Shown here piece by piece: positions 8,975 to 17,463 of a stretch of 64,000 nt of DNA. Origin of the DNA: Deltaproteobacteria bacterium (GTDB lineage: Bacteria > Myxococcota > JACRCW01). The notes below the pieces were generated by a model. The model did not search any database and was not told the DNA's origin. It was given only the letters and a program-made list of their open reading frames with translations. The position numbers and the translations under genes were made by a program. The stretch is taken from positions 1-64,000 of the forward strand of contig JACRCW010000136.1 in the NCBI GenBank assembly GCA_016218805.1, written 5' to 3'. Each line of letters begins with the position of its first letter. The first letter of the stretch is position 1.

Positions 8975-9567
8975 GGCGCGCCCGCGTTGTGGTGGTGCGC
9001 CACGGAGAGACGGATTGGAACGTGGCCGGCCGGATGCAGGGACACACGGACACGGACCTCAACGAGCGCGGCCGCGCGCAGGCCCAGGCGCTGGCGGAGC
9101 TGCTCGTCGAGGAGGGCATCGGCCGGATCATCGCCAGTGACCTGGCGCGGGCGCGGCAGACCGCGCAGATCATTGCGGGGCGGCTGGGCCTGGCCGTGGA
9201 GACGGACGCGCTGTTGCGCGAGCGGAAGTTCGGCATCTTTGAAGGGCTGAGTTGGGAGGAGATCGCGGAGCGCCATCCTGATTGGTACGCGCGCTACCGT
9301 GCGGACCACTGGGCGGACATCCCGGGCGCGGAGGCCCTCACGGCGCTGCGCGAACGTTCCTGGGAGGCGCTGGTGCGCCACGCCCGTCACGCCCGGCCTG
9401 GCGCGCCGGTCCTCGTTGTCACGCATGGGGGCGTGCTGCGGTCCATGCTGGTCCGCCTGATGGGGGACAACGCGCCGCGGCCCGTGCTCAACGCGGTGCC
9501 ATACGTGTTCCGCCTGCGCCAGGGCCAGCCTGCCGAGGTGGAGCTTCCCAAACTCCTTCCGCCGTGA
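8971..9567 (+). CDS. Histidine phosphatase (phosphoglycerate mutase family)
   Basis: RHGETDWN, SDLARA.QTA and VTHGG motifs. Confidence 0.92.
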   Translation: MRRARVVVVRHGETDWNVAGRMQGHTDTDLNERGRAQAQALAELLVEEGIGRIIASDLARARQTAQIIAGRLGLAVETDALLRERKFGIFEGLSWEEIAERHPDWYARYRADHWADIPGAEALTALRERSWEALVRHARHARPGAPVLVVTHGGVLRSMLVRLMGDNAPRPVLNAVPYVFRLRQGQPAEVELPKLLPP

Positions 9568-9615
9568 TGGCGCGGGGCTGCCAGGGATGCAGCCACCGAA
9601 AAGTGTCTCACTGGA

Positions 9616-9963
9616 GTGGAAGAACTGGTCCGGCGGACTGGGATACCCAGGGCCAACGTGCACCGCCTGAAGTCCGGGCAGGTCCGCGCCATCCGCCTCT
9701 CCCTGCTCGAGGCGCTGTGCCAGGCGCTCGCCTGCACCCCTGCGGATCTCCTGGCGTACGTCCCAGCGTCGTCGTCGCATGGGCCGCTCCCGGGTGACGC
9801 CCCCCAGCAGGCGGTGCTGGACGCGCTGGGCCACGGGCCCACACATCCTGATGACGTTGGGACCGCGACGGGCCTGCGCGCGCAGGAGGTGAGCGTTGCC
9901 CTGCTGGCGCTGGAGCTTGCTGACCTGGTGGTGAAGACCGGCCCGCTGTACCGGCGCCGGTGA
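9616..9963 (+). CDS. Cro/C1-type HTH protein fused to a DprA-like winged-helix domain
   Basis: KSGQVRAIRLSLLEALCQALACTPADLL (YozG-like HTH) plus VLDALG..PTHPDDV...VSVALLALELADLV (DprA C-terminal wH-like); start uncertain. Confidence 0.65.
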   Translation: MEELVRRTGIPRANVHRLKSGQVRAIRLSLLEALCQALACTPADLLAYVPASSSHGPLPGDAPQQAVLDALGHGPTHPDDVGTATGLRAQEVSVALLALELADLVVKTGPLYRRR

Positions 9964-9969
9964 CGGCGC

Positions 9970-10710
9970 TCAGTCGCGTTCCACGCGGACCAGCTTGGCG
10001 GGGTCCAGCCGCGCCAACAGCCAGTCCGTGGCGCGGGTGACCAGGTCCGCGTCGCGGCTCTCCAGCGTCACGCGCACGCGGTGGTCCGGGTCGTTCATCC
10101 GCGGGTAGCTGCCAATCTCCACGCCGGCATGCGCGGCCAGCGTGGCCTCCAGGTGTTCGGCAAGCTCGGATTCACCCTGCTGCGTGTAGATGCTCTGCAG
10201 GCGGATGGGCGTGCCCTGCAGGCGCGGCGCCAGGCTCTCCAGCATGGACTGGAACAGCGACGGGATGCCTGGCAGCACGTAGACGTTGCGCACAAGCACC
10301 ACGGGGACCCACATGCCGTCGGTATGGACCAGTTCGCACGGGTGGGGGAGGTCCGCCATGCGGAGCCGGACCGCCGTCAACCGCGGGCCGTAGAAGTCCT
10401 CCATGCGCGCGGCCAGCGCGTGGTGCCGGCGCACGGGGAGGTCAAACGCGCGCGCCACGCCCTTATAGGTGACGTCGTCATGCGTGGGACCCACGCCGCC
10501 GCTGGTGAACACCACGCTGCTGCGCGCGCTCTCCTCGGCCACCACCGATCCAATGAGCTCCACGACGTCCGGGATGACCTGGATGCGCTGCAGGTCCACG
10601 CCGCGGGTGCGCAGGAAGCGGGCCAGGTGGTGGGCGTTGGAATCCCGCGTCTTGCCCGAGAGGATCTCGTTGCCTACCACCACGCAGCTGGCGGAAAGGA
10701 CCTGCGCCAC
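9970..10710 (-). CDS. CinA/molybdopterin-binding domain protein
   Basis: GNEILSGKTRDSN, TSGGVGPTHDDVT, LPGIP and IGSYP motifs. Confidence 0.9.
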   Translation of the reverse strand: MAQVLSASCVVVGNEILSGKTRDSNAHHLARFLRTRGVDLQRIQVIPDVVELIGSVVAEESARSSVVFTSGGVGPTHDDVTYKGVARAFDLPVRRHHALAARMEDFYGPRLTAVRLRMADLPHPCELVHTDGMWVPVVLVRNVYVLPGIPSLFQSMLESLAPRLQGTPIRLQSIYTQQGESELAEHLEATLAAHAGVEIGSYPRMNDPDHRVRVTLESRDADLVTRATDWLLARLDPAKLVRVERD

Positions 10711-10814
10711 GGAGCCTCCCCTTGCGGGCTTCCCAGCAGCCCGCTTCCCAACCTAAACAGAGACCGGCCGCTCGCGCCATCACCCGGCGCCCGGGGCCCG
10801 AAGGACTGTCACGC

Positions 10815-11954
10815 ATGGGTTCCCTCAAGGGCGATCTCTCCGTCATGTCCGTGCCAGACATCGTCATCTGGCTCGCGAATCGCACCCGCACGGGGCGGCT
10901 GTCGCTCAGCCGCGGCGGCGTCCGGAAGCATCTCCACGTCGTCCAGGGCCAGGTGGTGCAGTCTTCCTCAGATGACCCGCGCGAACGCCTGGGCCAGCAC
11001 CTGCTCAACTTTGGGTACGTCTCCGAGGCGCAGTTGACGGTGGCTTTTGCCACGCAGACGGAGACCGGTGTGCCGCTGGGACGCGTCCTGGTGATGGGCA
11101 GCGTCATTGACGACGACCGGCTGCACAAGGTGCTCAACTACAAGACGCGCGAGTGCCTGCTGGACGCGTTTGAGTGGGAGCAGGGCGCCTTTGAGTTTGC
11201 GGATGATGTGCAGCGCAACCCCGCGCTGGATGCGCCCACGTCCACGCACCTGGCGGAGATCCACGGCGAGGGCACGTCCCGCCGGGCGATGTGGGAGGAG
11301 ATCCGCAAGCTGCTGCCGGGGCCGCAGTACCAGCTGGAGGTGCTGGCGCAGCCGCCCGGGACGCTCAACCCGTTTGACCGGCGCCTGCTGGAATTCGCCA
11401 TGATGGGGCGCAGCATTGGCGAGCTGGCGCTGGAGGTGCGGGCGCTGGACTTCCACGTCTTTGCCCGGCTGTATGACCTGGCCAAGCGCGGCCTGGTCCG
11501 CGCGCGCGAGCCGTCACGGACGCCCCGGTCCGCGCCGCCGCCGCTGCCGCCGGACGCAGCACCCGGCACGCCGGTGGTCCCCGCCGCGAGGGAAGAACTG
11601 CTGGCCGAGCTGCGCATCCGCCTGGAGGCGCGCGAGCTGGAGCAGGCGTACATTGTGGCGCAGCGGATCCTGGAGCGGGATCCCAACAACGTGGAGGCGC
11701 TGGCGGCGCTGCAGTCCGCGCAGGCGCGCCCCACGGCGCGGGGGGCCGCGCTGTCCGCGCAGAGCATCCCGCAGCTGGCCGTGGCGCGGGACCAACTGGA
11801 TGAGTACCTGCTGACCAGCAAGGAGCGCTACGTGCTCAGCCGTGTGGACGGGAAACGCACGCTGCAGCAGATCATGCAGGTGAGCCCCATCCAGGAAGTG
11901 GAGCTGCTGCGGATTGTGGAGGCGTTTGTGCAACGCGGGTTTGTCACGGTTTGA
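10815..11954 (+). CDS. DUF4388 (PatA-N) domain protein with TPR-like segment
   Basis: LKGDLSVMSVPDIVIWL..TGRL, RLGQHLL and AFEWEQGAFEF motifs. Confidence 0.85.
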   Translation: MGSLKGDLSVMSVPDIVIWLANRTRTGRLSLSRGGVRKHLHVVQGQVVQSSSDDPRERLGQHLLNFGYVSEAQLTVAFATQTETGVPLGRVLVMGSVIDDDRLHKVLNYKTRECLLDAFEWEQGAFEFADDVQRNPALDAPTSTHLAEIHGEGTSRRAMWEEIRKLLPGPQYQLEVLAQPPGTLNPFDRRLLEFAMMGRSIGELALEVRALDFHVFARLYDLAKRGLVRAREPSRTPRSAPPPLPPDAAPGTPVVPAAREELLAELRIRLEARELEQAYIVAQRILERDPNNVEALAALQSAQARPTARGAALSAQSIPQLAVARDQLDEYLLTSKERYVLSRVDGKRTLQQIMQVSPIQEVELLRIVEAFVQRGFVTV

Positions 11955-13566
11955 GCGCGGCCAGCGCGGTGAGACCCGCCGCGTAGATACGCGCAAGTTC
12001 AAACAGCTCCGCCGTGGTGATGGACTCGTCCGGCCCGTGGCGCCGTTCCGCGGCGCCGTCTTCTTCAGGGCCAAAGCTCACGGCGTTGGGAATGGCCTTG
12101 GCGTAGGTGGTGCCCGCCAACGTGACGGGCCGGGCCGGCCGCCCGGTGGCCGCGGTGTACGCGGACAGCAGCGCGGTCACTTCCGGGCGGGCGGGGTCCT
12201 GGTCCAGCGCGGGCAATCCGCCGCCGTCCACCACCAGCCCCAGCGGCCGGCCCCGCTCCGCCGCCCAGGACGCGGCGGCCGCGCGGACACGCTCCACCAC
12301 CTCCACCGGCGTGCGGCCCGGAACAAAGCGGATGTTCAGGCTGGCCACCAGTACGGCACCGTCGTGACGCAGGCGCCCCAGGTTCACCGTGGTGCGCCCG
12401 AACCGCGCGTGCTCCGACGCGATACCCAGCTTTTCGCCGTACAACTCCATGCCCACGCGTGCCGCCAGGAAACGCACCAGCTGGGTCCCGGGCGCGTCCT
12501 CGTCCAGTTGCGCGTGCGTATCCAGCGCAACCATCAGCGCCGCCAGCGCGTTGCGGCCCTGCTCCGGCGTGGAGGCATGCGCGGCCTTTCCCGTCGCGCG
12601 GACCCGCAACCTCCCGGCTCCAGCCGCTTCCACCTGGACGCGCCGCTCGTCGGCCAGGCGCGCGCGCACGGCGTCGGCCGCGCCCGCACAACGCAACTCC
12701 GCCTCCGCGCGGTCCGGGACCACGTTGCCCGCCACCCCGCCGTCCAGCCTGACCACCGCACACCGCCCAGCGGCCGGCTCCCGCTCCGCCCACCGCTCGG
12801 CCACCTTGATGCTCGCCAGCCCCTTTTCGCCCACGCCCACGGGGAAAGACCCGTCAATGACGAACGTGAACGCCGGGGGCGCGTGGCTGGCCAGATAGCC
12901 CTCCATGCACTCCCACGTCGTCTCCTCGGCCATGCCCACCATCAGCCGCGTGCGGAAAGGGCGCGCCGCCCCGGCGTCACGCGTCACCGCCATGGCCACC
13001 AGCGCCGCCACCAGCGGCCCCTTGTCGTCCATGGTCCCCCGCCCCAGCACCTTGCCGTCGCGCACCTCGCCGCTGAACGCCGGAAACGTCCACCCGTCCC
13101 CCGCGGGCACCACGTCGCCGTGCGCCAGGATGCCCAGCTCCCGCGGCGCGCCCGGCGGTTCGCTGTCCAGCGTGATTTCCGCCACCCGCGGCGTGGCCTC
13201 GCGGAAGACCAGGCCCAGCGCGGCCGCCTGCGCCTGCAGCGCGCGGAAGAACGCCGCGCGCTCGCGCGGCTCGTGCGCCGGGTCCTGCTCGTCCACGTAC
13301 GTGCGGTGGACCACCAGCGCGGACAACAGGCCCGGCAGGCGCTCGGCGTAGCGGGAACGCAACAGCTCCTCCACGCGGTCACGCGCGGCCGGGGCATGCG
13401 GGACGGCGCCCTGGCTGCGCTCCTTGAGCGCGTGCGGGTTGGTCTGCGGCGTGCGGCTGAGGGCGTGGTCCGCTTCAGCGGAGGAGGGCGTTTCACACCC
13501 CGCCAGCGCGGTCACAAGCGCGGCCCACACCACCGCTCCACGACGTTCAACGTGCATGGACGCCAT
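11944..13566 (-). CDS. M20 family metallo-dipeptidase (PepV/Sapep-like), probable lipoprotein
   Basis: HGDVVP, GRGTMDDKGP, MAEET, GKAAHAS and GTTYAK motifs; LAGC lipobox; the track ORF extends spuriously across the tRNA. Confidence 0.88.
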   Translation of the reverse strand: MASMHVERRGAVVWAALVTALAGCETPSSAEADHALSRTPQTNPHALKERSQGAVPHAPAARDRVEELLRSRYAERLPGLLSALVVHRTYVDEQDPAHEPRERAAFFRALQAQAAALGLVFREATPRVAEITLDSEPPGAPRELGILAHGDVVPAGDGWTFPAFSGEVRDGKVLGRGTMDDKGPLVAALVAMAVTRDAGAARPFRTRLMVGMAEETTWECMEGYLASHAPPAFTFVIDGSFPVGVGEKGLASIKVAERWAEREPAAGRCAVVRLDGGVAGNVVPDRAEAELRCAGAADAVRARLADERRVQVEAAGAGRLRVRATGKAAHASTPEQGRNALAALMVALDTHAQLDEDAPGTQLVRFLAARVGMELYGEKLGIASEHARFGRTTVNLGRLRHDGAVLVASLNIRFVPGRTPVEVVERVRAAAASWAAERGRPLGLVVDGGGLPALDQDPARPEVTALLSAYTAATGRPARPVTLAGTTYAKAIPNAVSFGPEEDGAAERRHGPDESITTAELFELARIYAAGLTALAALKP

Positions 13567-13594
13567 TGACGCACGTGGGGACTTCCCGTACAAG
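13566..13594 (+). promoter_or_regulatory. sigma70-type promoter for tRNA-Thr
   Basis: TTGACG-17 bp-TACAAG, 16 bp upstream of the tRNA. Confidence 0.55.
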
Positions 13595-13610
13595 GCGCGC
13601 CCTACTGAGC

Positions 13611-13717
<107 letters not shown>

Positions 13718-13746
13718 TGGTTCTTGACGGCGTCATTTTCCGGCCG

Positions 13747-13788
13747 TGACCCACTGAAAAGCGACTTGACCCACTCGGTTGACCCACT
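13747..13788 (+). repeat. Three TGACCCACT direct repeats (putative integrase arm-type sites, left)
   Basis: Copies at 13747, 13767 and 13780. Confidence 0.75.
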
Positions 13789-13801
13789 CTGACGCCCAGT
13801 G

Positions 13802-14322
13802 TCCCGTTCGTTGCTGGCCCGTCTGGCCAAGGCCGGGCCTGCTGGAGCGGGTGGAGCGCGGCGTATACCGCTCTGTGACGGCCCCAGAGGCGTCGGAGGC
13901 GGCCACGCTGGCCCGCGGTGGCCAAGCGGGCGCCCAATGCAACTGTGTGCCTCCTGAGCGCCCTGCAGGCCCACGGCCTGACCACGGAACTCCCGGCAGC
14001 GGTCTGGCTCATGATTGACCGCAAGGGCCGCCCGCCCGCCATACATGCGGTCGCGATTGAGTTGGTCCGCGCCAGCGGCCACGCACGCGCTCATGGCGTG
14101 GAGGCGCGCACAGTGGATGGCGTCCACGTCCGCCTCACCACGCCCGCCAAGACGGTCGCCGACTGCTTCCGCTACAGGAAACGCGTAGGCCTCGACGTGG
14201 CGCTTGCGGCACTCAGGGACTACCTGCGCAGGTACCGAGGCGGTAGGGACGCTCTCGTCGCGGCGGCGCAGGCGGATCGCATATGGCCACTCATGCGGCC
14301 TTACGTCGAGGCGCTGTGCTAG
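13802..14322 (+). pseudogene. AbiEi-family (type IV TA) antitoxin, 5'-truncated with two frameshifts
   Basis: Three frames join into SRSLLARLAKAG/LLERVERGVYR...ATLA/AVAKRAPNATVCLLSAL..HGLTTELP...AKTVADCFRYR; extra bases at ~13838 and ~13914. Confidence 0.75.
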
Positions 14323-14383
14323 GAGCCGGCGGCTTCCTCGGCAGTGTATCGCCAACTTGAGCGTCGGGCGGGCCGTGGGAGCA

Positions 14384-14417
14384 TTGAATCGCCCGCCGGA
14401 TGTGCTAGATTCGCACA
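14384..14417 (+). promoter_or_regulatory. Probable leaderless promoter with overlapping palindromic operator
   Basis: TTGAAT-16 bp-TAGATT with extended TG; TGTGC-N7-GCACA spans the -10; ATG begins 7 nt after the -10 with no SD. Confidence 0.5.
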
Positions 14418-15521
14418 ATGGCAAGCACATGGAAGGGTCTAGGTGAAAGGGTTGCCGCGGCGCGCCGAGCCGCAGGCATCACCCAAGAGGAACTCGCATC
14501 CCGGCTGCGCCTTCAGCGAACATCTGTAACAAGGCTGGAGTCGGGGGACCGGACCGTTGATGCACTAGAACTTGCGGCCCTGGCTGCGGCGCTTCGGCGG
14601 CCAATCGGGTGGTTCGTGGGGCCTTCCGAGAACACCGTTTCCAGCCACCGAGCGGCGGCCGAACAACGTGAAGAAACGCGGTTTGACGGTTCGATGGACC
14701 TTCTCTCCTCAGACGCTCGATTCTTGACGCGACTGAAGCTGCTCCCTCATGTGAAACCATTCCATGCAAGGGTTGAATCCGTCGACCGAGCGGAGGATGC
14801 AGCTACCAGTGCGCGCCAAGCGCTCGGTCTTCCAGTTGAGCCGCTGCGCGAGTTGCCACACGTGGCTGAGCGCCTCGGAGTCTTCGTCGGTTTTGAGGAA
14901 CTGGGAGAGGGCGGGCCCGAGGGCTGTTATCGCACGCATGATGGGGTCAATGTCGCCTTGGTCAACGGGAGTTGGCCAGTCGGCCGGCGACGGTTCACGT
15001 TGGCGCATGAGATCGGGCACCACGTGCTCGCTGATGCCTATGCGGTCGACTGGCCAGAACTCGGCCAAAGCAACGGCGAGCAAATCATCAATGCATTCAC
15101 CATTCATTTTCTGATGCCGCGCGCTGGTGTGAGCAAGCGATGGACCTCGCTCACTGGTGCGGGGTCTGACAAGCGGGACGCAGCAATTGCCATTTCTGCG
15201 GAGTTTGGCGTCAGTTGGAGCGCAGCGTGTGCCCAATTGCGTCGATTCGGACTCATCGACGGCGCCGATCTCGAGCAGTTTAAGCGAAGTACTCCGCGTG
15301 AAGGTGACTACCTTGAACTCGAGGCTGCCGTACCCAACGATGTGCCGACATGTGGATTGTCGCCCTCATTCACGACGGCAGTCCTGAAGGCATTCCGCCG
15401 ATCGAAGATCAGCGAGGATAGGGCCCTTGGGATGCTGCGAGGCGCGCTAGCAGCGGACCAGTTGCCGACGCCTGCGCTTGCTCCTCTGGAGAGCATGGCG
15501 CCAGACTTGGACGCATTCTGA
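14418..15521 (+). CDS. XRE-family HTH / ImmA-IrrE (COG2856) metallopeptidase fusion
   Basis: GITQEELA...SVTRLESGDR HTH; RRRFTLAHEIGH HExxH motif. Confidence 0.92.
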   Translation: MASTWKGLGERVAAARRAAGITQEELASRLRLQRTSVTRLESGDRTVDALELAALAAALRRPIGWFVGPSENTVSSHRAAAEQREETRFDGSMDLLSSDARFLTRLKLLPHVKPFHARVESVDRAEDAATSARQALGLPVEPLRELPHVAERLGVFVGFEELGEGGPEGCYRTHDGVNVALVNGSWPVGRRRFTLAHEIGHHVLADAYAVDWPELGQSNGEQIINAFTIHFLMPRAGVSKRWTSLTGAGSDKRDAAIAISAEFGVSWSAACAQLRRFGLIDGADLEQFKRSTPREGDYLELEAAVPNDVPTCGLSPSFTTAVLKAFRRSKISEDRALGMLRGALAADQLPTPALAPLESMAPDLDAF

Positions 15522-16075
15522 TGGCGCTCCTGGTGTTTGATGCTCCGCCGCTCAGCGCGTTCGCGAGGGCTGGCCGCCTCCCACTGCTCATGGAATTGGT
15601 CGCGGGTCACGACTGCGTTACCACGAACGCCGTCCTTGCTCAGTTGCGGCAAGGTTCAAACTCCTTCCCTACGCTCGGGGATGTTGTCGCGAACCAATGG
15701 CCCCGCGAGGTGAAACTCGGAGCCCCGTCTGAGCTCCTTGCGTTCGCTGGATGCATGGACCACTTCGGCCTCACGGAGCGCGATGTTGCCTGTGCGACGA
15801 CCCTCGCGTGGGCGGAAACCAACAGTGGCATCGTGATCACTGACAATCAGGTTGTTTGCGAGGTGGCCAAGGAGCGGGGCATCCAGTGCCGTCGGAGTCT
15901 CAGCCTCGTCGCGAACGGTCTTCGCAATCGCAAGCTCGACGACGATGGAGCGAGAGACCTGGTTGACGACTTGTTGAGGGCAGGAGCGCGGTTTCCGTAC
16001 GACGGAGCCACCTTCGTCGCCTTTGCCCGGGACCGCGGCGCACTCCAGGCTTGTCCAGATGGACTTGACAGATGA
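15521..16075 (+). CDS. PIN-fold (DUF3368-like) protein, possibly catalytically inactive
   Basis: LLVFDAPPLSAFA, TTNAVLAQL, TLAWA..IVITDN; start overlaps the upstream stop (TGATG). Confidence 0.7.
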   Translation: MALLVFDAPPLSAFARAGRLPLLMELVAGHDCVTTNAVLAQLRQGSNSFPTLGDVVANQWPREVKLGAPSELLAFAGCMDHFGLTERDVACATTLAWAETNSGIVITDNQVVCEVAKERGIQCRRSLSLVANGLRNRKLDDDGARDLVDDLLRAGARFPYDGATFVAFARDRGALQACPDGLDR

Positions 16076-16092
16076 CCCACTCATGACCCACT
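16073..16092 (+). repeat. Two TGACCCACT direct repeats (putative integrase arm-type sites, right)
   Basis: Copies at 16073 and 16084, same orientation as the left set. Confidence 0.75.
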
Positions 16093-16216
16093 CCGTTCCG
16101 TTGTACAGCGTGGTCCAGCGTTGCAGTCCGTGCACTCCTGTTGTCTGCAAGCGTTTGGTTTGACTGCGAAAAAAGCCTGATTTCAACTATGGACAACACA
16201 CCCTGTTTTCGATTCC

Positions 16217-16288
16217 TAATCAGTAGGTCCGCGGTTCGAGTCCGCGTGTCGGCTCCAAGCAAAGCCCCCGAAGTCCGGGGGCTTTTTT
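16217..16288 (+). repeat. attR-like direct repeat, copy 2 (tRNA-Thr 3' half plus terminator)
   Basis: Identical to 13646-13717; preceded by GATTCC versus GATTCG in the tRNA. Confidence 0.92.
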
Positions 16289-16489
16289 CTTGGTCCCTGA
16301 CGTTGTCATTTCTTACCGCGAGTCCAGCGACCGTCACTGAGCGCGGCGTTTCTGCGAGTCCCGGCGCCAACCACACGCGTGCCTGGGAGGCTCGCAGGCC
16401 CGTGGGCGGGCGGCCACGCCGCACGGCCCTTGCCGTGTTGGAGAAACCCTGCGGCTGGCTATAGTCCTCCCCAGCGAGGGAGCACTTTG

Positions 16490-17062
16490 ATGCCCACGAC
16501 CCACCTGCAGCAGGGGTTCAATGTGAACGAGGTCGCCGCGCTCCTCGGGCTTGAGGTGCGGCGCGTCCGGAAGGAGGTCGAGCATGGCCTCTTCGGCTCG
16601 TCGTCGCCGCCGCGCTTCACGTTCGCCGACCTCGTCTATTTCGCCATTCTCGCGAGGGCTGACAGCGGAACGCTGAGTCTGTCCACCCGCAAGAAGCTGC
16701 ATGCTCTTGTCGTCGTAGAGGCACGCCGCAAGCGCGCCTGGCACTCCGTCGAGATCGCCCCGCTGGTTGAGGTCCGCGTTGACCGCGCTGCGAAAGAAGC
16801 GGCAGAGCTGGTGAGGGAGTTCAACCTGTGGCGAAAGAAGCTGGTCACCAAAGACACCATCCTCGGCGGGGAACCCGTGTTCCCGCGCAGCCGGCTGGCC
16901 GTGCGTCACGTCGGCGGCATGTTGCTGAAAGGCCTCCGCCGCGAGGAGATCCGCGAGGACTACCCGTACCTCACCGACGAGGACCTTAGGTTCGCGCTGA
17001 TCTTCACCAGAGCCTATCCAGCCATGGGACGGCCCCCTGAGCACCAAGCTGCTGCTCGATGA
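16490..17062 (+). CDS. DUF433 domain antitoxin-like protein
   Basis: ILGGEPVFPRSRLAV...EEIREDYPYLTDEDL motif; GAGGGAG SD. Confidence 0.88.
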   Translation: MPTTHLQQGFNVNEVAALLGLEVRRVRKEVEHGLFGSSSPPRFTFADLVYFAILARADSGTLSLSTRKKLHALVVVEARRKRAWHSVEIAPLVEVRVDRAAKEAAELVREFNLWRKKLVTKDTILGGEPVFPRSRLAVRHVGGMLLKGLRREEIREDYPYLTDEDLRFALIFTRAYPAMGRPPEHQAAAR

Positions 17063-17414
17063 GAACCTGTCGCCGCGGGTGGCGGAGGAGCTTCGCACCG
17101 CTCATGGTATCGACGCTGTCCACGTGCGGGACCGCGGCGGCTTGGGCACCACCGACCAAGCGGTCTTCGCGCTCGCCTTCAGGGAGGACCGCGTCGTCGT
17201 GACGTCGAACGTGAAGGACTTTGAGCACCTCGCCCGGCACAGCAGCATCCACGGTGGAATCGTACTGATCGCGGAGGGGGACCTGGGGAGGCAGGAGCAG
17301 CTCGCCATTGTCCTCCTCGCCCTGGCGGCTGTGGAGGCACGCGGTGACCTCGTCAACACCGTCCTTCGCATCGGCCTGGCAGGAACGCCACGCTTTGAGC
17401 GTCTGCCTAGGTAG
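17037..17414 (+). CDS. DUF5615 family PIN-like toxin
   Basis: KLLLDENLSPRVA, DAVHVRD, TDQAV and VVVTSNVKDF motifs; no ATG/GTG/TTG before the motif, so CTG at 17037 is proposed. Confidence 0.8.
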   Translation: MSTKLLLDENLSPRVAEELRTAHGIDAVHVRDRGGLGTTDQAVFALAFREDRVVVTSNVKDFEHLARHSSIHGGIVLIAEGDLGRQEQLAIVLLALAAVEARGDLVNTVLRIGLAGTPRFERLPR

Positions 17415-17463
17415 GCGACGGGACAATTCGCTGCACGCTTGTAGTCAACAGGCTTCTGGTTGA

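Noticed and set aside
13747..13800. CRISPR-like or iteron array from the TGACCCACT repeats
   Set aside because: The units are 9 bp with 4-11 bp gaps, and there are no cas or rep genes. Arm-type sites fit better. No CRISPR array was seen anywhere in the window.
16211..16256. Second tRNA-Thr gene
   Set aside because: Only the 3' half is present (no 5' acceptor strand or D-arm, and CCT at the anticodon position). It is an att duplication.
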